Source of the DNA: an uncultured Candidatus Saccharibacteria bacterium
GTDB lineage: Bacteria > Patescibacteriota > Saccharimonadia > Saccharimonadales > UBA4665
NCBI GenBank assembly: GCA_903840315.1
Contig: CAIMFK010000012.1
Location: forward strand, 16,186-80,185
Length of the DNA stretch: 64,000 nucleotides
Reading direction: 5' to 3'
In this document: in pieces, positions 20,771 through 30,714 of the stretch
How the letters are laid out: every line of letters starts with the position of its first letter
How positions within the stretch are numbered: the first letter of the stretch is position 1
Notes under the pieces: model-generated
Seen by the model: the letters and a program-made list of their open reading frames with translations, nothing else
What the model was told of the DNA's origin: nothing
The model's database searches: none
Position numbers and translations under genes: made by a program

Positions 20771-22078
20771 CTATTTTTGAGACCGATAATTTTTGATGAA
20801 TTTAACTATCTCATCAACCGAATAAGAAGCTTCATCGCCGTTGGGAAGGTTTCTTAGAACTACCTTATTTTTTTCGATTTCATGATCGCCAATAAACATA
20901 ACAAAAGTAATATTTTTCTTTGAAGCAGTCTTAATCTTGCTAGCCAATTTTCTATCAGTAATATCTACAGCAACATTTATGCCCTTAGATCTCAGTTCGG
21001 AAATCATTTCATTGGCTGCACTTGAGTTATTACCAAGAGTAATGGCATATATATCTGTCTCAGTCGTTACAACTGGCAATAACTTATGAGTTGTTAGAAA
21101 GTCCTGCAAGGTAACGTCGCCTAAACCGAATCCAGCTGTGGCAATAGGTTCAACTCCGAATAGTCCAACTAATCCATCGTAGCGACCGCCGCCCATGATT
21201 GCCCGGCTATTCTCGGGATTAGTGTCAAATATCTCAAAGACCACATCGGTATAATAATCAAAGCCTCTCATAAGGGTAATATCGAAGATAACGTTAGTTA
21301 CTCCTTGGGTATTGAGCATATTCATTAATAATTCCAGGCTCTGCAAGGAACTGTGTGATCTCACATCTAGAGGTAGATACTCTATGTTTTTCTTGGTCAT
21401 GAGTTCAGTGATTTGATCAGCAATTACTGATTCCATTTTAGATTCAGCAATTATCTCATCGAGAGTGGTCTTAAATTTAACCGGTTCTAGTTTATGCATT
21501 CTATCAATAAGTTTTATAACCTTAGCAGCTGATTTCTTATCTAACTTGAAATATTCTAGGAACAGAAAATCTACAAATTTACGCGAATTTAACTTTATTA
21601 CGAACTGATCGCTTGTAGCTCCAAAAGTCTTTAACATTTCATCGGCGATCCTGATTAGCTCAGATTCAGCTTCGATACTATCTACACCAAAAATATCTAC
21701 ATTAATTTGCCAGTGCTCTCTGAGGCGTCCTCGTTGTGGTCGCTCATATCTCCATAGGTTTGGAATACTATACCAGCGTAACGGATAGGCTAACTCCTGT
21801 CTTCGTCCAGCCACTAACCTACTGACACTTGGCGTCATTTCAGGCCTCAAGGTTACTTGTCGACCACCTCTATCTTCAAATAAATATGTCTGTTCATTAA
21901 CTATTTCTTCGCCTGATTTAGCTGTGAACATTTCAATAGGCTCAATTATAGGAGCGTCATATTCCTCGTAACCATATTTTTCTAAGCAATTTCGAACTGA
22001 ATTGAACAAGAATTTCTGCAATCTTTTATCTTCAGGATAAAAATCTCTAGTGCCTTTATATGGTTGTGTCGATAACAT
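20771..22078 (-). CDS. hisS: Histidyl-tRNA synthetase
   Basis: 435 aa, GTRDFYPED, RYERPQRGRLREHWQ (motif 2), GGGRYDGL (motif 3). Confidence 0.95.
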   Translation of the reverse strand: MLSTQPYKGTRDFYPEDKRLQKFLFNSVRNCLEKYGYEEYDAPIIEPIEMFTAKSGEEIVNEQTYLFEDRGGRQVTLRPEMTPSVSRLVAGRRQELAYPLRWYSIPNLWRYERPQRGRLREHWQINVDIFGVDSIEAESELIRIADEMLKTFGATSDQFVIKLNSRKFVDFLFLEYFKLDKKSAAKVIKLIDRMHKLEPVKFKTTLDEIIAESKMESVIADQITELMTKKNIEYLPLDVRSHSSLQSLELLMNMLNTQGVTNVIFDITLMRGFDYYTDVVFEIFDTNPENSRAIMGGGRYDGLVGLFGVEPIATAGFGLGDVTLQDFLTTHKLLPVVTTETDIYAITLGNNSSAANEMISELRSKGINVAVDITDRKLASKIKTASKKNITFVMFIGDHEIEKNKVVLRNLPNGDEASYSVDEIVKFIKNYRSQK

Positions 22079-22112
22079 GTTTTATATTGTACATTAATTT
22101 TACATAACCAAT

Positions 22113-22140
22113 AAAAAAGACCACTTTAATATTAGTGGTC
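22113..22140 (-). terminator. Rho-independent terminator after tRNA-Leu
   Basis: Minus strand GACCACT-aatattaa-AGTGGTC (7-bp stem) followed by TTTTTT. Lies between the tRNA 3-prime end and the hisS promoter. Confidence 0.75.
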
Positions 22141-22148
22141 AATAACAT

Positions 22149-22233
22149 TGGTGGGGATGAAAGGACTTGAACCTTCACGAGTTGCCTCACTAGCTCCTAA
22201 GGCTAGCGTGTCTACCAATTCCACCACATCCCC
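22149..22233 (-). tRNA. tRNA-Leu (anticodon UAG), class II with long variable arm, CCA encoded
   Basis: Folded by hand: acceptor GGGGATG/CATCCCC, D arm GTG-GAATTGGTAGA-CAC, anticodon stem CTAGC/GCTAG with loop CTTAGGA, variable arm about 15 nt, T arm GAAGG-TTCAAGT-CCTTT, 3-prime ACCA. Confidence 0.92.
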
Positions 22234-22249
22234 AAGAATCTATATTTTA

Positions 22250-22780
22250 CTAGATAAGCCTATAAAAAATCAATTGAGCATCGCCATAATTTTTTCTATC
22301 AACCATTTCTAAATGATGCATTCTAATTTGATCATCGTTTCCTGGCCATGAAAGTACCAATAAACCATCTTTATTAAGCAGTGCATATAATCTCTCTATA
22401 AGTTCATATTGTAGCTTATCATAAGGTGGGTCGGCTATAACAAGATCAAACTTTGTATTAGGATTTTTATTCATCCAAGATGATACATTGGCCGATACTA
22501 AAGTAACCTTGTCTCCTAGATTTAATTTAGAGATATTATTTGCAATTGTTTTTTGAGCAGTCCTGTCACTCTCTATGATAGTCACATGATCTGCACCTCT
22601 ACTTATAGCCTCGAAACTTATGCCGCCCGAACCGCCAAATACATCTAAAACTTCAAGTCCATTAATATCGCCCAGTATATTAAATAATGCTCCTCTTATC
22701 TTCTCACTCATTGGATGAGTTTTGTGACCACTCGGGGTTTCGAAAATTTGCCCTTTAAGGGTTCCGGCTATTATTCTCAC
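22250..22780 (-). CDS. rsmD: 16S rRNA (guanine966-N2)-methyltransferase RsmD family
   Basis: 176 aa, RIIAGTLKG, LDVFGGSGG, ADPPY motif. GTG start overlapping the upstream TAG by 1 nt. Confidence 0.88.
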   Translation of the reverse strand: MRIIAGTLKGQIFETPSGHKTHPMSEKIRGALFNILGDINGLEVLDVFGGSGGISFEAISRGADHVTIIESDRTAQKTIANNISKLNLGDKVTLVSANVSSWMNKNPNTKFDLVIADPPYDKLQYELIERLYALLNKDGLLVLSWPGNDDQIRMHHLEMVDRKNYGDAQLIFYRLI

Positions 22781-23604
22781 TATTCATCTTCTTTATTTAC
22801 TAAGCCAGCGTCTACGGCTGCACAATACCACGCCACTGATACGGTATTTATAATTGTAGGCATGAGAAGCTTTCTCACATCTACCATAAGCTTTAGAGTC
22901 CAACCTTTTTTATAAAATCGTCCATATAAATCTTTTACAGCTATTTCCCTAGCTCTTCTTTTGAAGTATTCACCAACTCCGATTTCCTCAAATTCTTTTA
23001 CCTGGCTATCTTTGATTTCGGCATTATTAAAAGATAAAGGCTTAGCGAGACTTGCAACACCAAGCTCAAATAAACCATGTGTAGACATTAGACCTTTTGG
23101 GCCCCACATTTTCCAGTTATTGCTTAAAGTTTCTCTCTTAGTTTCTCCATGCATTACAACTTTTTCTTTGACTGAGTCTCTACTTTCCATGCCTTCACCT
23201 CTGATTTCAGCTAATTTTTCTTCATAAGGGTAGTGGTGAGCTGGGGTTAATCCATCTGTAAGCGCGTGAGCAAGCCAAGCTGATTCAAAAGCACTTCTCT
23301 CCGTATTACCAGACTTCAATACCTTTACAAGCTCTTTATAATGGTTTTCAATTGCTTTGATAAGATCGGAGTCTTCATTATCAAAAGGAGAATAAAAATG
23401 CCAAGGCTCATCAACTGATGGGCTTTTGCGCTTAATAGCATCAGGACCTTTGTATCCTTCGAAATGTAATATTTGCTTAGTGGTGGGGAAAACTGAATTA
23501 TCATTTAACTTATCTTTAAGTAATCTTCTAGAAACCCTATCAATCTTTTGATGAGCTCCAAGTAGTTTTCCAGATAATGGAGTTAATGTTGTTCCGGCGT
23601 ACAT
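22780..23604 (-). CDS. Hypothetical protein with zinc-dependent phospholipase C / P1-nuclease-like H-x3-D-x3-P-x-H motif
   Basis: 274 aa. HALTDGLTPAH matches the spacing of the metal-binding HYFGDIDTPYH segment of Bacillus PLC as I recall it. No signal peptide seen. Confidence 0.45.
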   Translation of the reverse strand: MYAGTTLTPLSGKLLGAHQKIDRVSRRLLKDKLNDNSVFPTTKQILHFEGYKGPDAIKRKSPSVDEPWHFYSPFDNEDSDLIKAIENHYKELVKVLKSGNTERSAFESAWLAHALTDGLTPAHHYPYEEKLAEIRGEGMESRDSVKEKVVMHGETKRETLSNNWKMWGPKGLMSTHGLFELGVASLAKPLSFNNAEIKDSQVKEFEEIGVGEYFKRRAREIAVKDLYGRFYKKGWTLKLMVDVRKLLMPTIINTVSVAWYCAAVDAGLVNKEDE

Positions 23605-23606
23605 TT

Positions 23607-25640
23607 TTAATTCAAATTAGATATTATTCTTAATTTCTTCACCCTATTATACAGGTATTCGTACTGTTTTAAGTCATTGTTTTTATTGATAAATTCTTCT
23701 GCTCTCTTTCTCGCATTTTTAATGAGGGTAAGATTATCCAATTTGGCCATTCTTAGATCCAATTCACCATGCTGGCTAACTCCATAGATTGCTCCTGGAC
23801 CTCTTAGCGAAAGATCTAACTCTGCCAATTTAAATCCATCATTAGAAGAAACGAGAGCTCTTAGCCGTGGGCTCGGCGCAGAGCTGTCGCTAAGCATTAA
23901 ATAGCAATATCCCTGATCACTTCCCCTGCCAATTCTACCCCTCAACTGATGTAGTTGAGCCAGCCCAAATCTATCTGCAGCTTCAATTAGCATTACGGTA
24001 GAGTTAGGAACATCAACCCCAACTTCAATTACAGTAGTTGAAACGAGTATATCTGTTTTTTTATCTATAAAGTCTTGCATGATTTTATTTTTTTCATCAC
24101 CCTTCATCTTTCCATGAAGCATTGCTATATTTCTATTCTTGAAATCTTTCTCGCTTAATTGTTTGTAAATTTTTTCTACAGAATTAGCGTCCATGACCGC
24201 TGAATCTGTAATTAATGGACATATTACAAACATTTGATGGCCCTTATCTAATTCTGAGTTTATATTTTTATACATTTCGAGCTTTGTATTTGGTGATACA
24301 ATTTCAGTAATAATTGGCTTTCTAATATTTGGTTTTTCGTCCAATATTGAAACATCAAGCTCGCCAAAAAATGTTAGTGCGAGACTCCTGGGGATTGGAG
24401 TTGCGGTTAGGCTTAGAAAATGCGGCATTTCGGTCGCTTTAGACATTAGTTTCTTCCTCTGTTCAACGCCAAATCTTTGTTGCTCGTCAATTACAACTAG
24501 TGCAAGTTTTTCCATTTTTACATTTTCCTCAATCAAAGCGTGAGTTCCTACGATAAATTTAATATTGCCCAAACTGAGTTCGTCCTTAACGTATTGTTTT
24601 TCCTTGCTTGTCATAGATCCGACAATTAATCCCAATTTTTCAGACATACCAAGGGGTTTTAGCAATTCATAAATAGTTTGAGCATGTTGCCTTGCCAGTA
24701 TTTCAGTAGGTGCCATAAATGCTACTTGATATCCTTCAGAAATCACCATAAGAGCCGCCATAGTAGCGACAACAGTCTTGCCAGAACCTACATCACCCTC
24801 AACCATTCTGTTCATGGGTTTAGATAAATCAATGTCTTTATAAATCTGCCAAACCACTTTTCTCTGAGCTTGAGTTAATTCAAAAGGTAGATTCTTAACG
24901 AATTCAATTGCTAGCTCTTGTTTGAATTCAATTTTCAGAGAATGTTCTTGATTATTTTCATTTTTATTCAGAAGACTGGCCAAACTAAGCTCAAAAACTT
25001 CATCGAAGCCTAATCTCTCTTGGGCTCTTTGAATGTCTACGGATTTTTCCGGAAAATGAATCAACTCTAGTGCTTGGCTGCGACTTATCAGATTGCTTTC
25101 TCTTAATATCCACTCAGGCATAGATTCGTCTATTTTGCGGATAATAGGAACTATTTCTCTTACAATTTTTCTAATAGTATTCGATGTTATTCCTTTAGTG
25201 AGTTTATATACTGGCAATATACGAGCAGTGTTGGCTGGAAAATCGCTTGCCAATTCCATTGATGGATTCATTATGGTTAGACGATTATTTGAAAGTTCAA
25301 AATTACCCGAAACAAAATATTCTGCACTAGATTTAATTGCATTTGCGCGGTATGGCTGGTTAAACCAAACAATTTTGATTGATCCAGATTCGTCGGTAAG
25401 TACAGCCTCTGTTATATGAAGGCCTCTACGTACATATCTACCCTTAGCGTCTCTTACGTGACCCTTTATAGTTACCTTTCCAAACTTAATTTCGGAGATT
25501 TTAGATACGACTGAATAATCCTCATATCTTTTGGGAAAATAATTTATGAGATCAAAGATTGAATTCACCCCCAACAAGCTGAATTTATTTTCCAATTCAG
25601 GGCCTACACCTTTTATTGTAGTCAGTGAATCATTTAGCAT
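23607..25640 (-). CDS. recG: ATP-dependent DNA helicase RecG
   Basis: 677 aa, wedge/OB N-terminal domain, GDVGSGKT, DEQQRFGV, QLHQLRGRIGRG. Confidence 0.96.
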   Translation of the reverse strand: MLNDSLTTIKGVGPELENKFSLLGVNSIFDLINYFPKRYEDYSVVSKISEIKFGKVTIKGHVRDAKGRYVRRGLHITEAVLTDESGSIKIVWFNQPYRANAIKSSAEYFVSGNFELSNNRLTIMNPSMELASDFPANTARILPVYKLTKGITSNTIRKIVREIVPIIRKIDESMPEWILRESNLISRSQALELIHFPEKSVDIQRAQERLGFDEVFELSLASLLNKNENNQEHSLKIEFKQELAIEFVKNLPFELTQAQRKVVWQIYKDIDLSKPMNRMVEGDVGSGKTVVATMAALMVISEGYQVAFMAPTEILARQHAQTIYELLKPLGMSEKLGLIVGSMTSKEKQYVKDELSLGNIKFIVGTHALIEENVKMEKLALVVIDEQQRFGVEQRKKLMSKATEMPHFLSLTATPIPRSLALTFFGELDVSILDEKPNIRKPIITEIVSPNTKLEMYKNINSELDKGHQMFVICPLITDSAVMDANSVEKIYKQLSEKDFKNRNIAMLHGKMKGDEKNKIMQDFIDKKTDILVSTTVIEVGVDVPNSTVMLIEAADRFGLAQLHQLRGRIGRGSDQGYCYLMLSDSSAPSPRLRALVSSNDGFKLAELDLSLRGPGAIYGVSQHGELDLRMAKLDNLTLIKNARKRAEEFINKNNDLKQYEYLYNRVKKLRIISNLN

Positions 25641-25662
25641 GATATGGACATTATATGCCCTA

Positions 25663-26427
25663 TTACTTGGCTTTTGACACTAAGAAGAAAATACTTGGAC
25701 CAAAATATGACTTAGACAGTATTGGCTGCAATATTCCTTCGATCGCAATCATTGCTCCGTGGGGAACAGTTTTTTTAAGTATTGTACTTCTTAAGTTTGA
25801 TACCGAGAGTATTCTTTCAACTTTTAGTCCTGCGTGAGCAAGTTGCTTAATGACAGTCTTTGGATTGTGATTTACAAATGGTATTTCATCTTCTCGCTTA
25901 TTTTTTTCAGAACGAATATCTACAGGTTCAATTGGCATCTTTTCGTTTTTAATCAGATGCTTAACTCTGTTTCTAAAGTGCACATAGTTAGCAACCTCTA
26001 TGATAGCTAGTCCATCATCCGCAAGAACTCTTGAAATTTCAGCAAATTCAGAAGAAGGATCAGGTAAATGATGCATAACCCTTATCATGGTTATGAGATC
26101 CAATTCTGAATCTTTATATTTCAAATCATCAGCTTGCATAAGTTTTCTTTCAATTTCTTTATGATCCTTTAGAAAATCCTTTGCAATATCTAATTGCTGC
26201 TGAGAAGGTTCGGCTAAAGTTACCTTGTCGGCATACTTTTCAAGCTCTACACATAGTCTTCCATAGCCGCCACCGATATCTACTGCGTGTTTAAAACGCT
26301 TACCACTAAGTAGTCTTTTAAACGCTAATACTTCAGCCTGATGTTCATAATCTCTACCTAGCCAATACTTGAGATAGTTGTGGTTTGGGTCATTATATTG
26401 GTCAGCTTTTTTGTGTGTTTTGCTCAT
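25663..26427 (-). CDS. Class I SAM-dependent methyltransferase
   Basis: 254 aa, motif I VDIGGGYGR, followed by LAEPS and acidic-loop spacing typical of the Methyltransf_11/25 type. Confidence 0.8.
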   Translation of the reverse strand: MSKTHKKADQYNDPNHNYLKYWLGRDYEHQAEVLAFKRLLSGKRFKHAVDIGGGYGRLCVELEKYADKVTLAEPSQQQLDIAKDFLKDHKEIERKLMQADDLKYKDSELDLITMIRVMHHLPDPSSEFAEISRVLADDGLAIIEVANYVHFRNRVKHLIKNEKMPIEPVDIRSEKNKREDEIPFVNHNPKTVIKQLAHAGLKVERILSVSNLRSTILKKTVPHGAMIAIEGILQPILSKSYFGPSIFFLVSKAK

Positions 26428-26456
26428 AATTACTAAGACTCTATATTAGCATTAAT

Positions 26457-27683
26457 TTATTTTTTAACAACTAATGCGAACTGGTTTTTGCCTTTTTGCA
26501 ATAAACTATATCCGTTACTGAAAGACTTTTTAGGGTCATCTATTTTTATTGAATTCACCCTAACTGCGCCATCTTTAATGTATTTCAATGCCTCGGTATT
26601 AGAATTGGCCATGCCTGCTTCAACCATAATCTCCAGGAATTCTTTTTTATCCTCAATTATAAGCAATATATTTTCAAGTAGGTTTTTTTCTTCATCGTTC
26701 AGCTCTGGATATTGAGTTTTACCGAAAAGTATCTTAGTGCCCTCTACAACCTTGTCGGCTATTTCCTTGCCATGAACCATTTTAGTAACGTCATATGCTA
26801 GCCTTCTTTGAGCAATTCTTGATGACTTATTTGAGTCGAAATCTTTTATTAGATCGTCATACTCATCCTTAGAAATTAGAGTGTATAGCTTTAAGTAATC
26901 TTTCACGCTCTCATCATCCGAATTAAACCAGAACTGATAGAAATCAAAAGGGCTTGTCAATTTGGGATCTAGCCAAATTGCTCCAGATTCAGTTTTGCCA
27001 AATTTCACTCCAGTAGATTTATTTATAACAAGTGGAGCAGACCAGATATTTGCCTCAGCCCCTTCTACTCGCCTAATCAAATCAACTCCTGCAATACAAT
27101 TTCCCCATTGATCGGCGCCACAAACCTGTAATGTTGCTCCAAAGTCTCTATATAAATGAAGAAAATCATAGCCCTGAATAAGAGAATAGCTAAATTCCGC
27201 GTAGCTAATACCTGTCCCAGATTCACCGAGTCTAGACTGTACAAATTCACGACCTAACATTTGGCTCATGGGTACATGCTTTCCAATGTCTCTCAAAAAC
27301 TCTAAGTAGCCAATGTTCTTAAACCAATCATAGTTATTAACCATAACAAGCTTGTCGTGATTAAAAATCTTTTCGTATTGCGCTTTTATAATGTCCACGT
27401 TCTTTTGTATATCTGCTTCAGATTTAAGGTCTCTCTCTTGAGCCTTACCATCAGGGTCACCAATCAAACCAGTTGCTCCTCCAGCCAGTAAGATCGGGTG
27501 ATGGCCAGCGTTTATAAAATGTCGAATCATCATCGCTATACAGAGGTGACCAATTGTCATGCCAGGCCCACTAGGATCTACACCCCAGTAGAAAGTTATA
27601 TTTTCATTATCGATTACATGTATGTCTTTATATGTGGTTTGGTTTACGAAACCTCGCCATTGTAGCTCTTCAGATAATTTCAT
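26457..27683 (-). CDS. tyrS: Tyrosyl-tRNA synthetase
   Basis: 408 aa, HIGH-like TIGHL, KMSKS-like KFGKTESG, C-terminal S4-like domain. Confidence 0.94.
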   Translation of the reverse strand: MKLSEELQWRGFVNQTTYKDIHVIDNENITFYWGVDPSGPGMTIGHLCIAMMIRHFINAGHHPILLAGGATGLIGDPDGKAQERDLKSEADIQKNVDIIKAQYEKIFNHDKLVMVNNYDWFKNIGYLEFLRDIGKHVPMSQMLGREFVQSRLGESGTGISYAEFSYSLIQGYDFLHLYRDFGATLQVCGADQWGNCIAGVDLIRRVEGAEANIWSAPLVINKSTGVKFGKTESGAIWLDPKLTSPFDFYQFWFNSDDESVKDYLKLYTLISKDEYDDLIKDFDSNKSSRIAQRRLAYDVTKMVHGKEIADKVVEGTKILFGKTQYPELNDEEKNLLENILLIIEDKKEFLEIMVEAGMANSNTEALKYIKDGAVRVNSIKIDDPKKSFSNGYSLLQKGKNQFALVVKK

Positions 27684-27775
27684 AAATAATATTATAGACT
27701 ATTCAATGCAGTAAAAAATAATAATTGTGGATAAATTTTCATCAGCTAAATTTCAGCTATGCGTAAGAAAATATT

Positions 27776-27784
27776 TGCTATAAT
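27776..27784 (+). promoter_or_regulatory. Extended -10 element TGcTATAAT upstream of the PBP gene
   Basis: Read directly from the sequence. 39 nt upstream of ATG 27824. No good -35. Confidence 0.4.
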
Positions 27785-27823
27785 ATGATTCTGAATATGA
27801 TTAATAGAAATGATGGGTTTTAA

Positions 27824-30709
27824 ATGGCGGGAACAAGAAGATCTACAAGGTCTAAAAAGAACATCTACGTTACCAAAAAAGGTAATTCTATAAAAATTAA
27901 TCAGGGCTTAAGCTCCAAATGGAAAGCTAGAAAAAATCTCAAAGCCAGAAATAAAGCTGTATATCTAAGTGGCCTTCCTGCGGGAAGAATTAAGAGGCTA
28001 ATGTTTCATTTTCAACCTAAGAGAATGTACCATTATTGGTTTAGTAAGAAGGGTTTAATAACAGGGCTTAAAATTTTTGGAATTTGTATTGCTGTTGGTT
28101 TCATATTCATGATAGGAATGTTTGCCTATTTTAGAAAAGACCTACCAAATCTTAAGGATATCACTGGAACAAACCTCGGCGGAAGTATTAATTACTACGA
28201 TAGAACTGGTACAGTCTTACTCTTTTCTGACTATAATGCAGTTAAAAGAATTCCAGTTCAAAGCGATCAAATAAGCCCTTATTTGAAACATGCGACAATC
28301 GCTATCGAAGATAAATCCTTCTACCATGAAGGCGCTTTCGATGTTAAGGGAATTGCACGAGCTGGTTTTAATGACTTGACTAAAAGTGGTGGGGGCTTGC
28401 AGGGTGGGTCAACCATAACTCAACAGCTAGTGAAGCTTAATGAAAATTGGACAAACGACCAAACTATAACCAGAAAGATTAAGGAAATAATTCTAGCTGT
28501 TGAATTAGAGCGTCAATATACTAAGGATGAGATCCTCACCGGCTACTTAAATATTGCCCCTTATGGCGGGATTGAATACGGCGCTCAAGCTGCATCTCAG
28601 GACTACTTCCATGTGTCAGCTCAGAACCTTACACTAGGACAGGCAGTAACGCTTGCATCGATACCTAAATCACCCGACATATATTCACCATATAGTCCAG
28701 ATTTCGATAAGGCCGCATTCAATGCTAGAAAAAACTATGTTCTTGATCAAATGGTAAGTCAGCGATTTATAACTAAAGCTCAAGCAGCTTCTGCCAAAAC
28801 CGATGACATATTAGCCCAAATTCAACCATTGCAAAATAAATATGATGGAATTAAAGCTCCTTACTTTGTATTAGCCGCAAAGAATCAACTTCAAACTCAA
28901 TATGGTGCAGCTACTGTGAATAGAGGTGGCTGGAAAGTAACAACAACTCTTGACATGAAAGACCAACAACTTGCTGAAGATTCTGTTGCTAATAATATCA
29001 ATAACGTTAAGCGATATGGTGGTGATGAAGAAGCAATGGTAGGAGAAAGTGTAACAACAGGTCAGATACTAATGCTTGTTGGGGGAACTGATTTCAATGA
29101 CGCCGATCATGGTTCTATTAATTACGCTCAAACAGACCTTGCTCCTGGCTCTAGCTTCAAGCCGTACGACTATGTATCGATGATTGATGGGACTACCAAT
29201 ACTGGAGCTGGATCGGCTATTTATGATGTACAACAACCACTTCCCGGATATCCATGCACAAATAAACAGCTCCCATTAAATGGTGGCAACTGTCTTTGGG
29301 ACTATGACTTTAAGTATCCTGGTGCAGAATCCTTAAGATATGCTTTAGCTGGATCAAGAAATGTACCTGCAGTTAAGGCCATGTTAACCGCAGGCGTAGA
29401 TAAGACTATTGATACAGCAAATAAACTAATGGGATATCCAAAAGCATACCAATGTTTTTCTGATGAAGAACGCACCAAGCCTACTCAATGCTACGGTTCA
29501 TCTGCAATAGGTGATGGAGCTTTCTTGCATCTCGATCAGCACGTTAATGGTGATGCATCATTGGCTAGATTGGGTGCTGAAATACCAAATACTTATATTC
29601 TAAAGATTTCTGATTCCAACAATAAAACTGTTTATAAGTGGACTCAGCCAAAACCAACACAAGTGGTCAGACCAGAATCTGCTTACATAGTTAACAATAT
29701 GCTTAGCGATCCAAAAGCTAGTTATCTACCTGGATCATGTACTGCTGCAACTTGTACTCCACTTAGGAGTGGTGGTTATAAGTTCCAAAGATATAACGGT
29801 TGGGACATTGCAGTAAAGACAGGTACAACCAACAATAGTTATGATGGACTTATGACAGCATGGAACACTCAATTAGCTGTTGTTAGCTGGGTTGGTTATC
29901 ATACAGACAACAAGGCTATGAATTCTGGTGGAATGGAATATATGACAGAACCACTAACTAGAACATGGATTCAGGGTGCTACAGATAATCTCGGAATGAA
30001 TCCAGTAAATTGGATTGCCCCTTCAGGAATCAAAACGTTACCGGCATTTATACAGTCAACTCACGTTGGTGTAGGATCTCAGGAACCTGGTCCTAGCACA
30101 GACATTTTCCCATCATGGTATGTACAAAATAATAAGAGCACAACTTCAAATCAAACTACGGATAAAGTTTCTGGAGCAATTGCAACATCCTGTACTCCTG
30201 ACCTTGCCAAGCAGACGTCCACCACTAGTAATGCTAATGCTTTTTCAGCAGATATATTCTGGCCATTAGGCCAAGGTGCTGGTGCGAATAATTCTAATAA
30301 TAGCGGCAGCTCAACAGCCGTAGATACAATTCATGATTGTAACGATGCAAAGCCTACATTCAACTCCTTTAGTGTTCCTTCTTGCGATAGCGTTAAAGGA
30401 TGCACTATAAACATTAACGTTCAGCAAGGTACGCATGCACTAACTGACCCCCAATATCCACAATTCCCTGGAACTATAAATATAATAGTTGGTGGCTCTG
30501 TGGTCGCAACACATATTATCGATACAAATACTGACTGTAACAATGGCACGAACTGTAATATTACAATGTCTTGGATACCACCTCAGAATGATGCAGGCCA
30601 AAACATTACCGTAAGCGCACAAGTAATTGACAGCGTATTGTATCAGGGCAACTCAGATAGTGTCACGGTTCAAGTTTCAGCCAATAACACCACACCAACT
30701 GTAAATTAA
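27824..30709 (+). CDS. Class A penicillin-binding protein (glycosyltransferase + transpeptidase) with basic cytoplasmic N-tail and Cys/Asn/Thr-rich C-terminal extension
   Basis: 961 aa. GT51 motifs EDKSFYHEG, GGSTITQQL, RKIKE. Transpeptidase SSFKP, SRN, KTGT. Confidence 0.95.
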   Translation: MAGTRRSTRSKKNIYVTKKGNSIKINQGLSSKWKARKNLKARNKAVYLSGLPAGRIKRLMFHFQPKRMYHYWFSKKGLITGLKIFGICIAVGFIFMIGMFAYFRKDLPNLKDITGTNLGGSINYYDRTGTVLLFSDYNAVKRIPVQSDQISPYLKHATIAIEDKSFYHEGAFDVKGIARAGFNDLTKSGGGLQGGSTITQQLVKLNENWTNDQTITRKIKEIILAVELERQYTKDEILTGYLNIAPYGGIEYGAQAASQDYFHVSAQNLTLGQAVTLASIPKSPDIYSPYSPDFDKAAFNARKNYVLDQMVSQRFITKAQAASAKTDDILAQIQPLQNKYDGIKAPYFVLAAKNQLQTQYGAATVNRGGWKVTTTLDMKDQQLAEDSVANNINNVKRYGGDEEAMVGESVTTGQILMLVGGTDFNDADHGSINYAQTDLAPGSSFKPYDYVSMIDGTTNTGAGSAIYDVQQPLPGYPCTNKQLPLNGGNCLWDYDFKYPGAESLRYALAGSRNVPAVKAMLTAGVDKTIDTANKLMGYPKAYQCFSDEERTKPTQCYGSSAIGDGAFLHLDQHVNGDASLARLGAEIPNTYILKISDSNNKTVYKWTQPKPTQVVRPESAYIVNNMLSDPKASYLPGSCTAATCTPLRSGGYKFQRYNGWDIAVKTGTTNNSYDGLMTAWNTQLAVVSWVGYHTDNKAMNSGGMEYMTEPLTRTWIQGATDNLGMNPVNWIAPSGIKTLPAFIQSTHVGVGSQEPGPSTDIFPSWYVQNNKSTTSNQTTDKVSGAIATSCTPDLAKQTSTTSNANAFSADIFWPLGQGAGANNSNNSGSSTAVDTIHDCNDAKPTFNSFSVPSCDSVKGCTININVQQGTHALTDPQYPQFPGTINIIVGGSVVATHIIDTNTDCNNGTNCNITMSWIPPQNDAGQNITVSAQVIDSVLYQGNSDSVTVQVSANNTTPTVN

Positions 30710-30714
30710 TTAGA

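Noticed and set aside
27785-27823. Mini-ORF(s) (ATG 27785 or 27797 to TAA 27821-27823) whose stop abuts the PBP ATG. This could be a coupling uORF.
   Set aside because: It is only 8-12 codons in AT-rich leader DNA, and the first ATG abuts the -10. Nothing beyond the TAAATG juxtaposition supports translation.
27684-27823. Looked for T-box riboswitch leaders upstream of tyrS (and of hisS at 22079-22112).
   Set aside because: The available upstream space on the correct strand is only a few nt after a -10 hexamer. There is no specifier hairpin or T-box sequence.
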